From Lama guanicoe (taxonomy: Eukaryota): a stretch of 64,000 nt of DNA. Below the pieces are notes generated by a model. That model searched no databases and had not been told where the DNA came from. It saw nothing but the letters and a program-made list of their open reading frames with translations. Positions 61,551 to 64,000 of the stretch are shown here, in pieces; position 1 is the stretch's first letter, and each line of letters opens with the position of its first letter. The stretch spans positions 1,655,966 through 1,719,965 of the forward strand of contig MU053754.1 of the NCBI GenBank assembly GCA_013239625.1, given 5' to 3'. Made by a program: the position numbers and the translations under genes.

Positions 61551-63485
61551 GATCGGGCAGAGGGGGAAATCTCCCCATCCCACCCCTGTTACCCAGTCAC
61601 AGGACAGGCACGTCCCATCACCTGCAGATAATCCTCATAGCCAGTAGACTGAGAGTTAGGACCAGCCTGGCCGACTGGGCTCAGGAAGGTGCCAGGGGAC
61701 AGGTTTGGTTCTGAGCGGAATGCTAGAAGACATCTGTCGTTGTCAGCAGAACAGGACATCCAGAGGGTTTGTGCATGGACAGTACGTGGTAACTATAGCT
61801 CAGGAGGGATTTGGTACCAGAACTGAAGTCCTGGGTGCTGTGGACAGACACAGTAGTAGCTTTTCAGCATCATCACAATGCCATTGTTGAAGCACACGCT
61901 TGGTGAGCATTTACTGTGTGCCAGGCGGGATTCGGGTTCTAGAGGGTCTACCTAGTGTCCTAGGTGGCTCACCAGGTCAGAATGAGGCATGGAGCACAAG
62001 TGACAAACAGACTCCTCACTGGGTGGCTGGTGAGTCATAGAACTGAGGCACGCTGGAGCCTGGTCCTCACCATCATGGGACCTGGCCAGAGCCAGCCAGG
62101 CAGCCAGACTTCCCGGTGCCCTAATTAACGGCTGTCGGAAACTGTGCTTTGCACTGGAGGGGCCAAGTCATCTGGCAGGTGAAGGGAAAGCTAGAGAGGA
62201 ACCGTCAACCAGAACAGTCCAGCTCCTTCTTTGAAGACAAAGCCTTGTGGCTGTGTTTTCGTTATTAAGCTAACCTTCTTTCACAAGGATGAAATGAAAT
62301 GCCCGGGGCTCATTGGTACAAGGCTGGAGCAGCTGAGGGGAAGTGACGCCGAAGGGAATTGACTTCCCTTCAAATATGTGCTGGTTTAGAAATAGCAGAT
62401 TGTTTTCTATGAACAGTTGAGAAAAGAGCATTAATTACAAACAAATGTAAATTCAGTGGGTTAAGCAGGATTCCCCTCCGCATAACTTTTATTAAGGATG
62501 AAAGTGGGAGAGAAGACGCTTCTGCCGTCACTAATGCTTGGGTGTTCTTTGGAAGACCCTCCAATATGGTGACAAGCCGCAGGGAATGTTGGGATAAGTC
62601 AGTCTAACCTCTTGAATTGTTTGTGTTCCTCTTTTGTTGTCATTAAAGGGTGTAAAAATGCTTTTTTGATCCATTTAAATCAAGTATGAATGCAGCATTA
62701 ATTTTCTCCTAGTTTCTGACTTTGCTTCTCCTTTCTAATTGGAAATAAACGCAGGCTGTCATTTTTGTGTAAGGCGTGAGTAACGTTTAAAGAGAGAATT
62801 TCATTCGCCACGATAAAAGACGTTGAGAGTTAAGCAATATAAGAGCAAAACCAAAGCAAACAAAAAAGCAGAAAATGTGTTCGGTGGAATTTAACTATAA
62901 TTAACCATACTAATTCAATATGGTAGAAACAAATGATCACAGGACATTTTAGTGCAGCTTGTTGATTCATGAACTTTTTATCTGTTAAATGTTAAGCACC
63001 TACTGTGGGGACGACATATGTTGGGGTTGGGCCTCTTGGGCTGGACTTGGCAATTAAATTCTGTGTCTCAGAGAGAAAAAAGGTTTCTCTCTTGCTCCTT
63101 GAAACACTGGATGCTCAGATTGAATTTGTCCCCGGATGCCGATGGGCCCAAGGGTGAATGTTGTTGAAGGGAACTGCCTTAGAAGGAAGGCGAAATAAGA
63201 TTCAGAGGAGGTTAAGCATTTCTCCTGGGACAGAGCTTACTCTCTGGGTTTGGCCCTTCCTTTCTGTTTGTATGTATTTGTTATAGTACATGCTGTTTAT
63301 TTACTTAAAATCCGTAAAATTCAAAGAGTACTGAAGGGTATGAGTGAGAAGTAAAAACCTCTTTCTTCCTCTTAATCCCACTTCCCAGAGCAACCACTGT
63401 TGATAATTTCTTGTTTATTTTTCCAGATGTTTTGCGTACAGTTAGAAGCATGTGTGTTGTGTGTACTTTATTTACATCATGGTTT

Positions 63486-63664
63486 CATTTTTTAAAAATT
63501 TTTTAAAATGTCTTAAAAAATTTTATTGTTATTACTTTTTTTTGGTGGGGGGAGATAATAAGGTTTACTTATTTATTTATTCTTAGAGGAGGTACTGGGG
63601 ACCGAACCCAGGACCCCATGCATCCTAAGCACGCTCTCTACCACTTGAGCTATACTCTCGCCCC
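63486..63664 (-). mobile_element. Vic-1-like SINE with long A-rich tail, next to an old L1ME-like fragment (~63280-63470)
   Basis: ggaggtactggggaccgaacccaggaccccatgcatcctaagcacgctctctaccacttgagctatac; degenerate TSD tacatcatggttt / tacagcgtggttt. Confidence 0.88.
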
Positions 63665-64000
63665 TACAGCGTGGTTTTAAACAGAAGCAAACCTATAAAT
63701 AAAATACACAGGTATGCACATATGTCTTGGGCATGTTGGTTTGCCAGTAGATAGACATCCCCTTGTACATCAGATGAGTATCCATTATGGTTCTTGATTT
63801 TAAACAACAGAAACAGTTCCTGGCCAACTAAAGTTGGACCCTTGGGAATTGAGGAAGGGCAGCAAGGCCAGTCTTGGGAGCCCAGGAATCAAGGTTGCTC
63901 TGCAGGACTGAGAATTTTCACTCTGGCAGGAACAGCCTGGCCTGCATATCATCACACTAGTGTAACCAAGACCATAAGAGAAACTCCAAATACATCTCTG

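Larger units (their letters stand above)
12822..64000 (+). other. Long intronic region of the + strand gene (may include small 5' UTR exons); no coding exon recognised
   Basis: Follows the donor at 12822; repeat-rich; L1 and LTR elements mostly antisense to +; no ORF with recognisable non-repeat protein similarity. Confidence 0.65.

Noticed and set aside
1..64000. A novel multi-gene biological system
   Set aside because: No coding genes, operon-like structure, intact mobile-element ORFs or structured RNA genes are visible; the content is explained by one promoter, a long intron and known repeat classes.

Overview
Mammalian nuclear genomic DNA, most likely camelid (alpaca/llama/camel), judged from five copies of a tRNA-Ala-derived SINE of the Vic-1 type and lineage-type L1 3' ends. 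I find no credible protein-coding exon. The window has three parts. (1) About 10 kb of repeat-rich intergenic DNA. (2) A small CpG-rich element at ~10.6-11.0 kb and a large CpG-island promoter at ~12.15-13.75 kb, interrupted by a 102-N gap, containing an apparently non-coding first exon that ends at a perfect GAG|GTGAGT donor (12821/12822). (3) More than 51 kb of what looks like a very long first intron transcribed on +, filled with L1, L2, MIR, MaLR/ERVL LTRs, hAT MER elements and SINEs. The host gene cannot be identified from coding sequence; TBL1X is my tentative guess from architecture and repeat make-up only. I see no support for a new multi-gene system. The most interesting signals are mutational and splicing micro-structures: two locally templated insertions flanked by target-site duplications, a young-L1/old-L1 chimeric insertion, ultra-truncated retrotransposon insertions, many short tandem duplications, micro-exon or recursive-splice-like junctions, and CpG-rich ancient repeats. 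Repeat subfamily names were assigned by eye and boundaries are approximate.
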